A DNA stretch of 64,000 bases, taken from the NCBI GenBank assembly GCA_905178155.1, contig CAJINV010000008.1:3745420-3809419 (forward strand), written 5' to 3'. Below the pieces are notes generated by a model. The model had not been told where the DNA came from, did no database searches, and saw only the letters and a list, made by a program, of their open reading frames with translations. Origin of the DNA: Amoebophrya sp. A120. Its lineage: Eukaryota; Protista; Dinoflagellata. Of this stretch, positions 47,643-60,900 are shown piece after piece; positions within the stretch are counted from its first letter, which is position 1; every line of letters begins with the position of its first letter. The position numbers and the translations under genes are program-made.

Positions 47643-49219
47643 GAGGCCGTACGATTAATGGACCCCCTTTTCGGTACCGAAAAGGGGGGGGTAGGTGCGG
47701 TCGGTCATCTGGCCGCGTCCAAAAATGGTCGCGTCCCTCCGGACCCGACCGATTTTCGGAATTTAAAAATCGAAAACGCAAACGCGTAACTCCCCCAACC
47801 CGGCGAAATAAGTTCTGTTTTGTTTTCTGTGGTTTCTCAGCGGTTATAATCTCTGCTGCTGCGGTTCCTGCAGCGGCGTGGCTGGAAGTAGAACAGAACG
47901 AAACAGAACAACATAAGTTTCGTGGAGCGCACACAGCGCGCGCGTGGATTGGCTTATGTTTGCAACAACGCAAGAAGCATCAGGCGCACGCCGTGCGCGC
48001 GCAAACTGAAAAAAAAAAAATGCCGCGCGCGCCGCGTGCGCGCGGCGAAGAGCATGCGTCGTGCATGGCTATGTCAGGACGCTGCGAAGCATTTGCACAC
48101 AGCTGGAGCTGGCTTCGTGCAGTTCGATGCACTTCTACTTCAGCAGGCCCACTGCAAATAATAAAGAAAGAAGCAGCCGCAGCACAAAGAAAGAGCCTTC
48201 GAGTAATTTACTAGGGCCTTAGAGCCTATAGACAGCAGTAAAAAGACAACTCTAGAAAAAAAAGGGCCCGCACAGCAGGGCAGATCGGGCTTCGTGCTGT
48301 TGAATGAAGTAAATACTTTGAAAAGAAAAAGGCGCTCCCCCACGGCAAGAAAGACACTTTTAGTCGTGCAGAACTATGCTCCAAGCTTGCAAAGATATCG
48401 GCTCGCCCCCGTGGTTGAAGTGGCCACCTCAACTTTTCCACAAATGGAAAGAATTGAGATGGTCGCTTCAACAGCCCGAGGTCGGTTGGGGTTGTGCAGT
48501 CCTGCGCTACAAATTGCTGCCTCCTCGTGATCTACTGCGCGGCAGTTTTTTTTGTGCAATGCACCGAGCTGCTTCGCAGTAGAAGAAGCGTCGCAATGAT
48601 GTGCTGTTGCGCAGTGTCTCTGTTTTTGAGGAGAGGCGCTTTTTAGTGGATCATCTACGAACTGCGCCGAACCTACTGCGAAGCAGCTCTTTTGTCTGCG
48701 CGGTAGATCCAAGGCCTACGTCTGAAACTAGGCGGCACCGGCACCGCTATCAAGTTGCAGATGATTTACTCCGAGGCAGCTGCGCTGCTGCTTTCTGAAA
48801 GACAGCCGAGCCCTCTGTCTTGGGAGAGCAGCCACAGTAGCCGGCTTTATTTTGAGAACCAGAAAGCGCGTCGCTTTGCTTGCCCTGTGGCGAAAGGAAC
48901 AACGCCTGGGCCTGCAGCTGCTCTAAAAAAAAGAAAAAACGAAAAATCTCGGCCATAGCATCGGCGCTGTGTTGTACTTATAATTTGCGCGCTTGCTATT
49001 ATAGTTCGCCCTGCAGACGAATCTGGGCGCCGCCTGTTGCTGTGTTTTTCGAAAGGCGTGAAGCACACCGCTCCGCCGTGATTCAGATTCGCAATAGCTT
49101 TCGCGACAAACAGTCCCCGGATTTCGAAAAGGGGGGCGTAGGGGGGTAAGCTCGGTCAGAATCGCGCTTCTACCCCCCTTTTCGGTATCGAAAAGGGGGT
49201 CGATTAATCATACAGCCTC
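47643..49219. mobile_element. Nested non-autonomous PIF/Harbinger-type element (TTA TSD)
   Basis: ~50-bp TIR GAGGCCGTACGATTAATGGACCCCCTTTTCGGTACCGAAAAGGGG vs right reverse complement GAGGCTGTATGATTAATCGACCCCCTTTTCGATACCGAAAAGGGG; TTA at 47640-47642 and 49220-49222. Confidence 0.85.
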
Positions 49220-51802
49220 TTATCACATTCCAGCAAACGAAGCCGCGCGCCATCGTGTAACGCGCGTTACACGGCGGCGCTGTCGTTTCGTTCTGTCGCC
49301 TGCTGCGCAGCTGTGGCATGCTTCCGGCTCCTGTAGACGCATTGTTTCACCACAGAGCGACACTCGCTCTCGCGTCCCCCCTCTGGCGCAACACCTCAAA
49401 GAAAGGCCTCCCTTCATGTCGTGCCGACAGCCGCGAGCACGGGCGCCCGCGCGGCTATAGGGGAAGCATGCTGCATCGCGCCCATCTTCGCTTGGTGTGC
49501 AAGCGTGTTGCCGTAGCGTTTGGTCGTCGCTGGGGTGGTTCGTCTCGGTGGGCTGCTGCCTCGCACCAACATGCAGCCAGCAACCACCTGAGCAGAATAA
49601 ACCAGTGGAAGGCTCCTCCTACTGGGGCTGGGCCCTCGTTGCCTGGCACCCCGGCGCCCTCTCGTATTGCCCCATCCGGGAATCGGCCCGACAAGTTCTG
49701 GGCAAGTTCTGTGCGAGTTCAGCGCCGCATACATCTAGACCCATGCTTTCGGAGTAAATGTAAATGTATTTCTTCTAGACCTCGCGCTGCTTGGCAGGGT
49801 GAAGAAGGTACTAACTTGGCATAGAGCTCCAGCTCCTGTACGTATTTTTTGTATTGTTTGATGATCGGCAAGAATGCCAATGTATGTAGGCTACATCATC
49901 ATGGTCGTGTAGATCTTTAGCTTTATCTTCCTGCGCTGGTCTGTCTAGTTTCCGTGCTGGTCATGAGGACCAATAGAAGGCGATCTCTACTAATCTGCAA
50001 GTTGCTTTGAACATACTTACATCTTCACACAAACTACCGCCCTTTGGATCTCTCTTAACTCTTTAGTCATTCTTGAAGATGAAGTTGTCGGAAGGGAACT
50101 ACACGAAGATCTCAAGTTGCTTCATCTTAACAGTAAAACATATAACATTACCGCGTTAGCGCTAGAGGAAGGTTAACTGTTCTCATATAGAAGAGTATGT
50201 GACACCTTCGTCCAAGGAGATCCGAAAGATTGGCTGAAGTCTAGCCCTTTAGCCATAGATTATAGGACACCGAAGTTGCTGTGCTAGTGTACTTGTACTT
50301 CAACTCATCAGCCACAACATCGTGAAAGAAAAGTCAGACTCAACACGAACAGAAAAACCGACAGTCTCGCTCTCGTTCATTTATGAAAATGTGATGAAGA
50401 CTCCTACAGGTAGTAGTGAACGCATCGACGTCAACATACGAAAAGATTGGTCGGCGAGAATTGAAATTGTTATCCGTACAACGCACACACTTACGCATTG
50501 TCAAAATATTTATTTTCCTAGTAGTCAAGTACGTAGCTAATATACACTTACCATACACTCTCATACACCACTCACACATCCAATCGATAAGAACCGTTTT
50601 TGGATAGCCATCAATTCTTCACACGTAAATACAAGTAACAAGAAGAAATATCTACCATTACCAACATACTACAGCACAGCTCCTGACCGATCGTAGAGAA
50701 ATAGCGTCGCACAACTTCCGAAAAGTAGAGAAAGAAAAAGCAAACATACTTTTTTATCTGGAGCGAGGAGCAGGTATTTTTACCAACCATACCCATAGGC
50801 TGTGGAGCTTCTTGCCCCTCGACACCACGGGCAGCTTCTTGAAGAGGATGTCCAGCCCTCTACAAAATATTTGGGCGATCGAGCCGTTGCCGTCACCCCC
50901 ACGCTCAGGGTAATAAAAGAAGAACTATCATCTTCATTTTTCCAAATTCGCCTTGGCCTGGGCCTCCCTCTCCCTCGTCGCGAAATTTTGGTGTTGCCTT
51001 TTTGTGTTTTCCACTGGTATCAACTTTTGGTTTTGCCATTCCAATCTTGTTTTACTCCAATCTCTATAATCCGCAACAACGGAAATCCTTATCCTACTGA
51101 TACTTCTTCACTACTCATGCTCGTTGCGCGGAACTATAGCAACACATAGGTACTGCAGCCATACTTAAGTAGCTGAAAGAACGACCGTAAGCAATACTAC
51201 TAAGTATTTTCCAATTGGAGTCTCCGAGATTTCATCTCCTTCTCCACCGTAGTTTGAGTAGTTTACTGATAAAATTAAAAATAGAGCGGAGTCTCCGTTT
51301 CTGAGTAGATCCTAAGATGAAGAAGCAACCGAAGAAACAGAACGCACTGCGGCATCGAATAAAATGAAGACGCACGACAAGTAAGGTCATCACCGCCACC
51401 GGAGGAACAACAATGTGTCGATGATGTAAAGTTGCTCGACGCGGCGGCCCAAAAATGCGTGACGAGGAGTGGAGTCGGAGGTCTACCACGAAAGGAGCCG
51501 CCCCTTTACTTTACTGATCGTTCTGGAAGGTCGACGTCACCATCTTTTCATTGCCGGTCACGAGGACCTCCGAGTTTGTTCGTACACGGCCGTCATGAAG
51601 AGCTACAACTTCTACATACAACAAGATCTTTTAAAAGTTTCATTTTCGAAATCGAAATCGATCCGGCGGGCCATGTTGAGGTCTGCTCTCCTCCACGAGT
51701 AAGACGCCGGCTTTGATGCTACATCAACTTCGAGCCACGCAGCTGGGACCACTATTTCTCTAGCGTGCTCTGAGTTCTTCATCTTCCTGCACGAGGACCT
51801 CG

Positions 51803-52964
51803 ATGACTTTCTCCACTCCATCTCCAGGTGGTCGGGCGAGAAGCAGGCTGTCCTCTCCAGGCCGACAACCCACGATTAGCACTCCACCTCCGTGTAAAGA
51901 CCGACTGGTGGACCACCACTACCATGATATCGACAGCACGCCCGTGGTTAAAATGTCAAGAACATCTTTGAGCGAGCGGGAGGCACAGACACAGTTTGAA
52001 GATCTTATGTACGACGAGGGCGGGACCGGGACAGCACGACCGGAGAAGAAACTAGAGCCGGTCGATAGCGATCGCGATGTTGGAGCCCGTCATCCGGATG
52101 AGCTCGCCCAGCGTCAAACAGAAGCAAGCGGCTGTGCGTTCGAACAGTCGGGTGATAATTTAGATACAGATTTTAATTGTGACTCACCACCTGCTCTCTG
52201 TGGTGCACGTGCTATTGCAAATAATCAGAACCCTGAGGAGGTGGAACAGCACTCCGCGACGTTCTTTTCAACGCGCGGAAATGGAATCGAAACTGGTTCT
52301 TGCCAGCAACAGCATCGTCAGGAAAATAGATCCCCTGACGAGCCGCAGCAGCAGGAGCTACCCCACGACCAGGAGGGGCAGCACCAGCAGCTCGACCATC
52401 ATGATCGCGCACCACGTACTGCATCGATCGAAAACATGAAGCTTCTCAATCTCGAAGACACCGCTACTACGCACGTCCAACATCAGATGAACCTGCTCGC
52501 CCAACAAGGTCGTCATCATCCCGAGTCGTGTGAAGATAATCTGTTTCACCTCGGCGCGCATCAGATGAGTGACGGGACCACCAGCCTCCACCTCGAAGTG
52601 GAGTCCTGCATCACCACCACCCCCAGCCCCACCGCGGAGGAGGACACGGACTACTTGCTGTGCCGCTCTCACAGTATGACCAAAATGTGTCAGAGCCACC
52701 TCAGCGCGATTATGAGCCCGTCGCCCGCGAGTTGCAGTGCGAGAAGAATGGTAGAAGAAGAAGTCGAGGACGAGGAGGAGGTGGACCGCAATAATTGCGT
52801 CGCCGCGCCTGTAGTAGTTTTTCGTGGTGAGCAAGAGGATCATGATGGTTCTACAGAGAGGTCCTCTTCGTGCTGGAACGAGCAAAACATAAGCAAACCA
52901 AACCGACCGGAATCCCCGGTGGTGTACCCAGAACGCAGCTACAATCAGCAGACCAGCACAACCG
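51803..52964 (+). CDS. Low-complexity coding exon, probably the 5' part of the downstream kinase gene
   Basis: 395-aa ORF with host-like composition; GT at 52965 can join AG at 57942 in frame. Confidence 0.4.
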
Positions 52965-52986
52965 GTACTAGATTTTTTTCGAAGAT

Positions 52987-55884
52987 TTGATCGTCATGAT
53001 GGAAATACTAAAAATGAATACTTTATTTTCAGCAGTTTTCTTTTTCACGAGGCACCTACTTACCAGGGCCGGGGACGAGACAGCACCGCTGGACCTAAGG
53101 AAGGACATCCCGGCAGCGATGGGTGCGGCGGGGATTACCCTAAACAAGACGAAGCCGAGGGACAGGAGGACGGTGCTGATGGATACAGAAGTAGGGAGAA
53201 TAGTAATAAACACGCACGAAATTGGCCGGATTCAGGAAGCCCGTTTTCGGAGGAAGGAGCCAAGGGGTGGCGACCCGGTCGACGCAGCAGAGATCATGAA
53301 AATGATCAAAGCGGCCCCTAGCAAGCAGGTGAACTGGGGTCGAGGGGCATGGCAGCGCGCTCTTGGTGCAGTACACCTGAAGAGGTCGCCGGGCCTGAGT
53401 GGAATACGGCCAGAAGAGGTGAAAATCGTGCCCCCCAGTTATTGGGATCGTTGGACGGAGGAGCAGAAGCAGCTCTACAACAACATGGAGCCAATGCCCT
53501 TCGAAAAGTCAAACTTGATAATAGGAATCAACAAGACTTTGCAAGACGCAGGACTGGTCACGAACCTACGCCCTGTTGCTATCCCGGAGGGCTGTGACAA
53601 GGTTGGCGAGGGATTGCTGCTTGAAGAGCTGATGCCGATCGCGCAGCTGATTGACCACCAGAACGCCTACACACGGGGCCGCTCGTCCTGTGTCAGCCTC
53701 TACCGAGTAGTAAAGTTCATGCGGGCATGTGTGCCCGGCATGGTCCAAGCAGCAAGGAAGGCCGACGTAGAAGGCGGATTCGAAAATGTGCTCTACTCGC
53801 ATCTCACGGCGAGAATGATCAAGCGAGGAGCGTCGAGGGAGTTGACGTTCCAGGTCTACACATGGCTCACGAACCGCACCCACGCCATATGTGTAGACGG
53901 CCAGATAGTGCGACGGTGGTCGCCCCAGGTGGGTATGGGGCAGGGCCCCAGGATCCCACCCCTGCTGTGGTGCATTTTCTTGGGAGAGCCAATCGAAAAA
54001 TTGGACCCGAGAGTAATCACCTTCCGGCCCGAAGTTTTCGCGGACGACGTCCTTTTGTTGTTCTCCTTCCCCGCCGGGGAGTTCACAGCGAAGAAAGCAG
54101 AGGCAGAGGAGTACTTGCTCAAGTGGCAAGCGGAAACCGGGCTGGTCTTCGGGAAGGTCGGCTGGCTCAAAGCCACCAGCGGATCTACATCGGAGAGCGA
54201 GATGATGGAGTATCTCGGCTTCCTGCTCCAGTCCTGCGGCAAAACGCTGAAGGAACTGGAAAAGAGGCAGGTGCGGATCGCATCCGCGGCGAAGAAGCGG
54301 GACGCGGTCGAGAACAGCGCACGGACCCCGAGCGAGGACATCCAGTACTGGAACGAGAAGCGCCGGTCGCAATTGAGCTACGCAGCGGCGGCGCTGTTCC
54401 TTGGGGTCCAGGACAACGCCAAGGCGCTGGAGGACTTCAGGGGTGTTGTCGCAAGGGCGCTGAGGTCGGTACTGGGGCTATCAAACACATTTCCGTTTGC
54501 AGCGGCGTTCCGTTTGATCGGGATGGCGGACCCCGTGGAGATTTTGAAGGTCGAGCAAGAAGCCATGGAATTTTATCTCCAGGGCAGTTTCGGAGAATTC
54601 AAGGTTTCACGGGGTGAGATCTACGCTCTACCGGAATGGTACGATGAAGAGCGGATTGAGGTGGTGGACGCGGCCCAAGCCTACAAGGACTTCGGGTTGC
54701 AGCACGGACAAGAGGAGAAGCTTGCAGAAGAAATGAGCAAGAAGTTCGACTCCGGTAACTGCCCGCAAAACACTCTGCGGGCAAGCACAGACGGGGGAAA
54801 AGGGCCGGAAGGTGCTGCCCGGGAGACGCCGGACCACTTGATGCGGGCCTGCTGCTACATTGAGACGGACCAGGGTGGGGCTGCTAAGGTCTGGATGGTC
54901 TGGTCGGAATTGCTCGGCTACGACGCGGAGGTAATAGCGCTGACACAACTGCTAAAATGGCTGCTGGATGAGACCAGGAGCAGCCACACAACCATCCAGA
55001 TATTTATAGACAACAGCATGGTCCTGCAGTCCCTCAATAACCCCAAGAGCCGGGAGGAGGCGACGAAGAGGCTCCGGGAGCTGATCAGCGACCTTCTGAA
55101 ACAATTCCCAACCGTCAGCATCCTCATACATTGGGCGCCAGCCCACCGCCGGTTCCGCCTCAACTGCATTGCGGACCTACTGTGTAAGCAGATGAACGGG
55201 TGTGAAGAGGAGCTGCCAGAAGTGCAGCCGATCAGTAAGATGCGCCTCAAGTACCTTGTCAAGGAGGAGCGGAGGGCAAACCTGCAAAACCATGTAGGAG
55301 GACCAGCGGAAGAGAAGACCACGCTTTGCAGAGGGCAAAGAATAAAAGCACTGGGAAGAGTGCCGCTGGCGGGGCTCTCACCAGCACAGGAACGGGCGGC
55401 GATGTCCCTATGGACGGGAGAATCGTATTTGCCGAAATCCCTAGTCACGATCAATAACCGGGGATGGCCCTCCTGCCGGAAGTGCGGGCAGGAACTGAGG
55501 GTAAAGAAGCAGGATGCGGCAGGGACATGGGTGAAAGGTTTCCGTACGGGGGAGGAGGAAGACGTGAGGGGTTTCTGTAGGATAGTCGACCACCTCCTCA
55601 TGGAGTGCGAGACAGTACAAGACGCCGCAGAGTTCAAGGGGCAAGATGTGGTGATGATGATAAAAAAGGGACCAAGAAAGCAGCTGAACAGACTGCTGCA
55701 TGCAGCGGGACAAACTGGGGAAGCGATACCGGGGGACCACTCCTGGCCGTACTGGCCACGGACGGAGAAGCCAAGTCAGGAGGTGGAGAAGAGAAGCATG
55801 CCAGCAGCCTGGGTGGAAACAGCGAGAAACGCCATCAAGAAACGAAGACTATCACAAGAACCAGCGGACGGGGAGGGGCAGTAG
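52987..55884 (+). mobile_element. Second non-LTR retroelement ORF: RT + RNase H + Cys/His motif, no APE (element probably extends to ~57775)
   Basis: SPGLSGI, LRPVAI..K, HQNAYTRGRS, ADVEGGFENV, GMGQGPRIPPLLW, FADDV, YLGFLL; RNase H ASTDGG, YDAEVIAL, FIDNS, HWAPAH..LNCIADLL; CRKC..DHLLMEC. Confidence 0.88.
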
Positions 55885-55954
55885 GGCTCGCCTGCAGCTC
55901 GCGCGTTTTCTCCTTCCTTTTCTAGGCATCGCGGAAAGTATCTTCAAACTCCTG

Positions 55955-56925
55955 GAACGGGCTGTATCTTCATTTTCCTGGATCTTTACTAGAGGGAAAA
56001 AGTGAGCTTACTACCTAGCTCTAGGTACAGGTTGGTAGCAAATTTCTGGATCTTTGTAGAGGAAATACAGCAGCAGCAACAAGATCCGGGGTTTGTTTGT
56101 GTCCATCTCAAAAGAACAAATTTTTGTTTTTGCTAAGATCTTACCTTCACCTATCGACGTCTCAGGAGTAGCATCAAGATCCGGAAATAGTTTTTGTGTC
56201 CACCACTTTGTACATTTTACTTTGCCAAGCTCATTCATGTACCAATGCTGTAGAACACTCAAATGCTGCTCTCACCTGGATCTTTGCCGAGAAACAAGTG
56301 TGACAAGATCCGGAAATTGACTTTTCTCTTCTCTTCTGGACAAGTTATAGAAAAGCAAGCGTGTGCGATTGCATTTGGCACGGTATGCGTTGAAAATGTT
56401 AGACGAAGTTCCTCCCAGTTTACGGCTATAAATTGTAGATTTCCCTTCACGATCAAGGTAATTTTTGTTGCTTTCTCTTGTTTTTCCACCTTTTTCACAC
56501 AACTTTAAAGCACCAAGTCGATGGATTCTAGGCGTAAGCGGTCAGCATTGCACGAGAAGATCAAGAGGGTGCGCTTTTGCTTTTAGCACGGTACTCGTTG
56601 AAAATGTAGTCTATCTACAAGACCCGGAAGTCCGACTTTGGGCACGGGCTGTTGCTCCATTTTTCTGGAACTTTGTTAGAGGTAAAAAGAGACCCTACTA
56701 CCTAGCCATAGGAGCAGGAAGGTAGCACTTTTCTGGATCATTGAAGAAGATCTACTACAGCAGCACCAAGATCCGGAATTTGTTTGTGTCAGCCACAATG
56801 TTATTTTTCCTCCCTCTTAGATCTTTCACGTATCTATTTTTTCAGCAGCAGCAACAAGATCCGAAAATTGCTTTCGTCTTTCACTTTGTACATTTTTCTT
56901 TGACATAATTACTCATGTGCCTATT
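55955..56925 (+). repeat. Degenerate ~290-bp direct repeat (55955-56250 and 56642-56925) with recurring CTGGATC / CAAGATCCG motifs
   Basis: Alignable blocks such as CTACCTAGC..TAGG..GGTAGCA..TTCTGGATC..CAAGATCCGG..TTTGTTTGTGTC..CACTTTGTACATTTT occur in both copies. Confidence 0.75.
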
Positions 56926-57920
56926 CTGTTGCACACACACTACCAAGGAAAAAAACAAACAACGACCTACAAGAACGAAAAGCTTGAAGAAGAGAAGTTT
57001 TGAAGCGCGACCAGTAGCGCTTTTGAAGGTTTCTGCATGGTCGCGCCCTGTTTTCTGGCCACTAGTCGTGTATTAGTCTCGTTTTCGACAACGAACTTCC
57101 AAGACTGATAGTGTACAACGAGCAAGAACAGGAGTAGAGCAGACACACCAGGTGGAGACACGTGCCCACCAGCGCAGGTGGGGCAGTAGAGGACTCGTAC
57201 AGCGAGGCGAGTAATGAAAAAAAAAAAAATCAAGACCGCAAAATAAAGAGAAAAAAAAGGAAAAGAAAGTAAAGCTATCTACTTACAAAAAGAAAACCTG
57301 AGAAAAAAAAAAACAGAACAGCGCGCGAACTCAGGACGTAAAGACACAGCGGAGAAAAAAAGAAAACAACCAAAGCGCATGAGATAGCAACATAAAAGCG
57401 GCAACATCAATAAGCAATAAGACTAGAAAGCTCCCTGTGCAGGTTGATCAAACAAAGTGCGATAAAACTTCGGTTAAGCACGGCGCTTGGAGGATTTCGC
57501 ATACCTGCGAAGCGCTTGCGCTTTGCGGTCAGGCTCCGGCCAGTTGTCTTGTATTCCAGTCCGACACCTGGTAGCCACCGGAGGCGAAGGGGCTGCCGGG
57601 TGGTTGAGTCGGGGGTTAGGTCTCGTGCCATGGATGAGGAGGTAATGGCGCTTGATCTTGAATGCCAGCGGCAAGAGGAGACGTCAACGGCAAACTCCCC
57701 CCTGGTGGCCGGGCACTGCTAAAGCGGGCGGTGAAACGTCACTGGGGGTGTAGGAGTGGTCCTTACCACTACTACAGAATCATTTACCACTGAGCATTAC
57801 ACTACAGTATGTGAGAGGCTTTACCGCTCACCTTGAGAAGCGCGCGCGTCATTCTTTTTCATGATTGCAAATCCAAAAGAGTTGTGCTCATGATGTCTTC
57901 CGGATTTACTTAATTGCAAA

Positions 57921-60900
57921 ATGAAAATTCGAATTACCACAGCGGCTGCGACTTCGGCAGGTGGATGCGATTTATTCGATCTGCATCAGGAGCAGAACTT
58001 GAGTACCATCACCCAGGGAAATCTCGTCAACATCTCAGAATTTAGCACCACAGTAGCGCCTGGAGGTGCTGGTGACGAGATTGTAGGCCTCACAACGCCC
58101 CCTTCAAACAGCAAAAACAACCAGCAGGATTATGAACAGTCGCAGTGCGAAGGGGCAGTCGACAGTTGTTGCTTGTGGTCCACCAACACCACCCGTGTAT
58201 CTCAGCAACACCAGGCGCCGGCCAACTTCTGCCTGCAAACGCCCACGAATTTTGTGCGGCGGCTGCGCTCGCCGACGTTCGACCCGAAGGTGGCTTTCCA
58301 CGGCGTTGGAATTGTGAAATCAGTTTCCACGACTCCTGTTGTACATGACGAACGCGAGGACGACAACGGCCCCTGTATCTCCGATGTAGATGACGTTCAT
58401 CTTCTTGATGCTTCCGGCAAGTTAAACGCGGACGATCGATTGAAGACAAAGACACCCAGCCCGAAAGAGACGCAGCATCAGAAGAACTTGTCGGGGTATA
58501 ATGATATTCGTGGCCGCTGCTCTTGGGGTCCTCGTGCTTTTGGAGATGGAACGAAAGACCACGACGATTCCTCCAATCCGTACGAGGCCATCCAGTACGA
58601 TAGAGATTTTCTGGACAACGACAGCAACACAGACGACCCTGGTGGCACGACCAGCGTTTCTTCACCTTGCCGGCCGCATGAAATAAATGTTATCGCCGAC
58701 GATCAAGATGAGCGAAACGGTAACAGCACTGCGAAAAATAAGTGCTCTAGTACTTCTAGCGTGGTAGGAGTTCCCTCCCCACCCAGCGCGGAGCTGCTGC
58801 AGCGCACCAAGTCTTTCAAAGCGGGCTATCGACACTTCCACTCCATGAACAGTAAGGCGCGAGAGACGAACTCCGTGGAAGAGGTGTACGAGCTATTGCA
58901 GATGATTGGCGAAGGGTCTTCCGGTTCTGTCTGGACGGCGCGGCGGCGGATTCTGATCGGCACGGACCGAGAGAGGTTGTCGAAGCAAATTTTTGCGGTG
59001 AAGGAAATCCGGAAAAAACAGTTGTCCTGTACGAGGCTCGGGGGCAGCGGAGGCTGTGCAAGTACTGCAGCACCGGCAGTGCAAGGTGCAGGTTTATTGC
59101 CGAAAAATGCAGCACTAAGCGGTTCTTCGGCTGCGTGCAGTAGTGCTCGCCCCGTAGCAGAAGTGCATCCCGGCCAAGAATGGCAAATGAACCGTTGTAC
59201 CCGTGGTGGAGGAGCAGGAGCGTCACCGTTCAAGCGACTGCAGGAGCAAGCGAGCGCAACATCATGCGGCGCTCCTCCCGCATTCCCCAGCAGAACCTCC
59301 TCGCCTGGCCAGCATGAGAATCCTGCAGCCTTGGACTTCGGATTCGGAAGCTGCACGACGCGGGAGCAAAATCCAAACTGCACAAGCGCCGGGCTACTAG
59401 GGGGCTCTGTAGCTGCTGCTCAAGAGCACGTGGTCAATGACTCGCCTTCTCTTGGCGGAGGTTTAGGTTTTCTGTCCCTCCCGATCCCCTCCCTCGCCAT
59501 CAATCAGAACTTCGAGGATACCTCCGACTGCTTTTCCCCGTGCGGGTCCAGAGACAGCAGCCCGCTGCAGGGGTATAATTTCGTGCCCCAAGTAGGAGAA
59601 CCGGCGGTTTACAGTTCGGGGACGATGATGCAGCATGGAAATTATGATGAAAATAGTGCCACTTCGTGTTCTTACAACACCTACCGCCATGGTGGAGATG
59701 AAAACGGTCGTGATGTGCACGACTTCGAAGATAGCGATATCGCCCATAGCTGCCATAACGCCGACAGTAGTTCATCTTACATCAGCCTCCACAATCTGAA
59801 TCCGACATCAAAAAATCCGCGCAGTACCACGACGGACATTCTCGATGAAGAGGAGCGGTTACTGATGGAGGAAACGTGCGCGTTCCGGGAGAAGCGGCAA
59901 GTGTTGGAAGATATCCCAGAGAAAAAAGCGAGCGGGGCGCATTTGTAAAATCGTAATGCAAAAATATTATATGTCTTGCATGGCCTAAAAAACGTGAACG
60001 CCGTTCGATACAGCCTGCCCATGCTGACCTAGACCTACATATCAACATGTTTGCATACACAAATGCGCCTACCTTCTAGCTTTGTTCTGTGGGATAGAAG
60101 AGCACCTCTGGGCGGTGAAGTATAACTGGGAACAGGACAGCACGACCGGGGAGCGGAATCACGGACCCTGGAACCACCTGCAGCTGGATCGGGAAAACTA
60201 CAATGTCAAAGCCGGAATCATCGGACTGAATGGTCAACAGTCCTTGAGTGGAGGGAACGGAACCACAAGCCGGACCTCGTCGAGGATCAGCTCCAGGACG
60301 AGCTGCGAGAAGATGAACCAGCAGAGCGTGGAGGAGGGTGGCTCACCACCAGACCTTGATGTACAAGAACCGACTGCTGCTTCAGGAGCAGACGGGGTTC
60401 TTGCGCCGTATAATGAAATTGCAGCTGCGGAGGCTGCTCGCGTTCAACAGCAGCCTCCTACTCCGATTTCTACCGGCTCTTTTTCTACGGGTAAAAATTC
60501 TGGCGCTCTTATTCCGCAAATATCGTGTATGACGGGGCAATCCAGAAGGAGCTGCACAACATCGTCGCGCGTTCTCCCAGAAGAGGACGGTGGAGTGTTG
60601 CACTCCGATACTATGAACAACCAATCACGACCGGTTCCAGGACCACCTTCAACAGCGGCAGCTGGTGCAACATCGGCGCTGCAGCAAATGAAACCAGTGC
60701 GGTTCACGAACGTTTACGCTGCAGCGGAGATGAGAGAGCATCAGGATCAAGAAATAGCACCAAAAAACGACACTGACGCGGCTCCTGGTGCAGGAGTCGT
60801 GTGCTCTCAGTCACCAACGCGCGCCGCCAGCTTCAGTACCGAGATAGCGGAAACGGAGTATCAATTTTTGGACGACATGAACCACGAGCCGCACCAGGTG

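Larger units (their letters stand above)
45847..49757. mobile_element. Non-autonomous DNA transposon with 8-bp TSD (hAT/P/Merlin-type)
   Basis: TIR TTACTCCGAAAGC...GCTTTCGGAGTAA, extending imperfectly for ~70 bp; TSD ATGTAAAT at 45839-45846 and 49758-49765; internal direct repeats GCCATCG(C/T)GTAACGC at ~46250, ~46408 and ~49248. Confidence 0.85.

Noticed and set aside
42561-49824. Numerous 100-440 aa ORFs on both strands
   Set aside because: They are GC-rich, span Ns or lie within non-coding transposons, with no recognisable domains.
50600-51800. Short coding-like fragments on both strands
   Set aside because: They are interrupted by stops and I could not pair introner ends, so no gene model can be supported.
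57700-57750. Possible hammerhead ribozyme (CTGCTAA...GAAAC)
   Set aside because: The core deviates from CUGANGA and no NUH cleavage triplet pairs with GAAAC.
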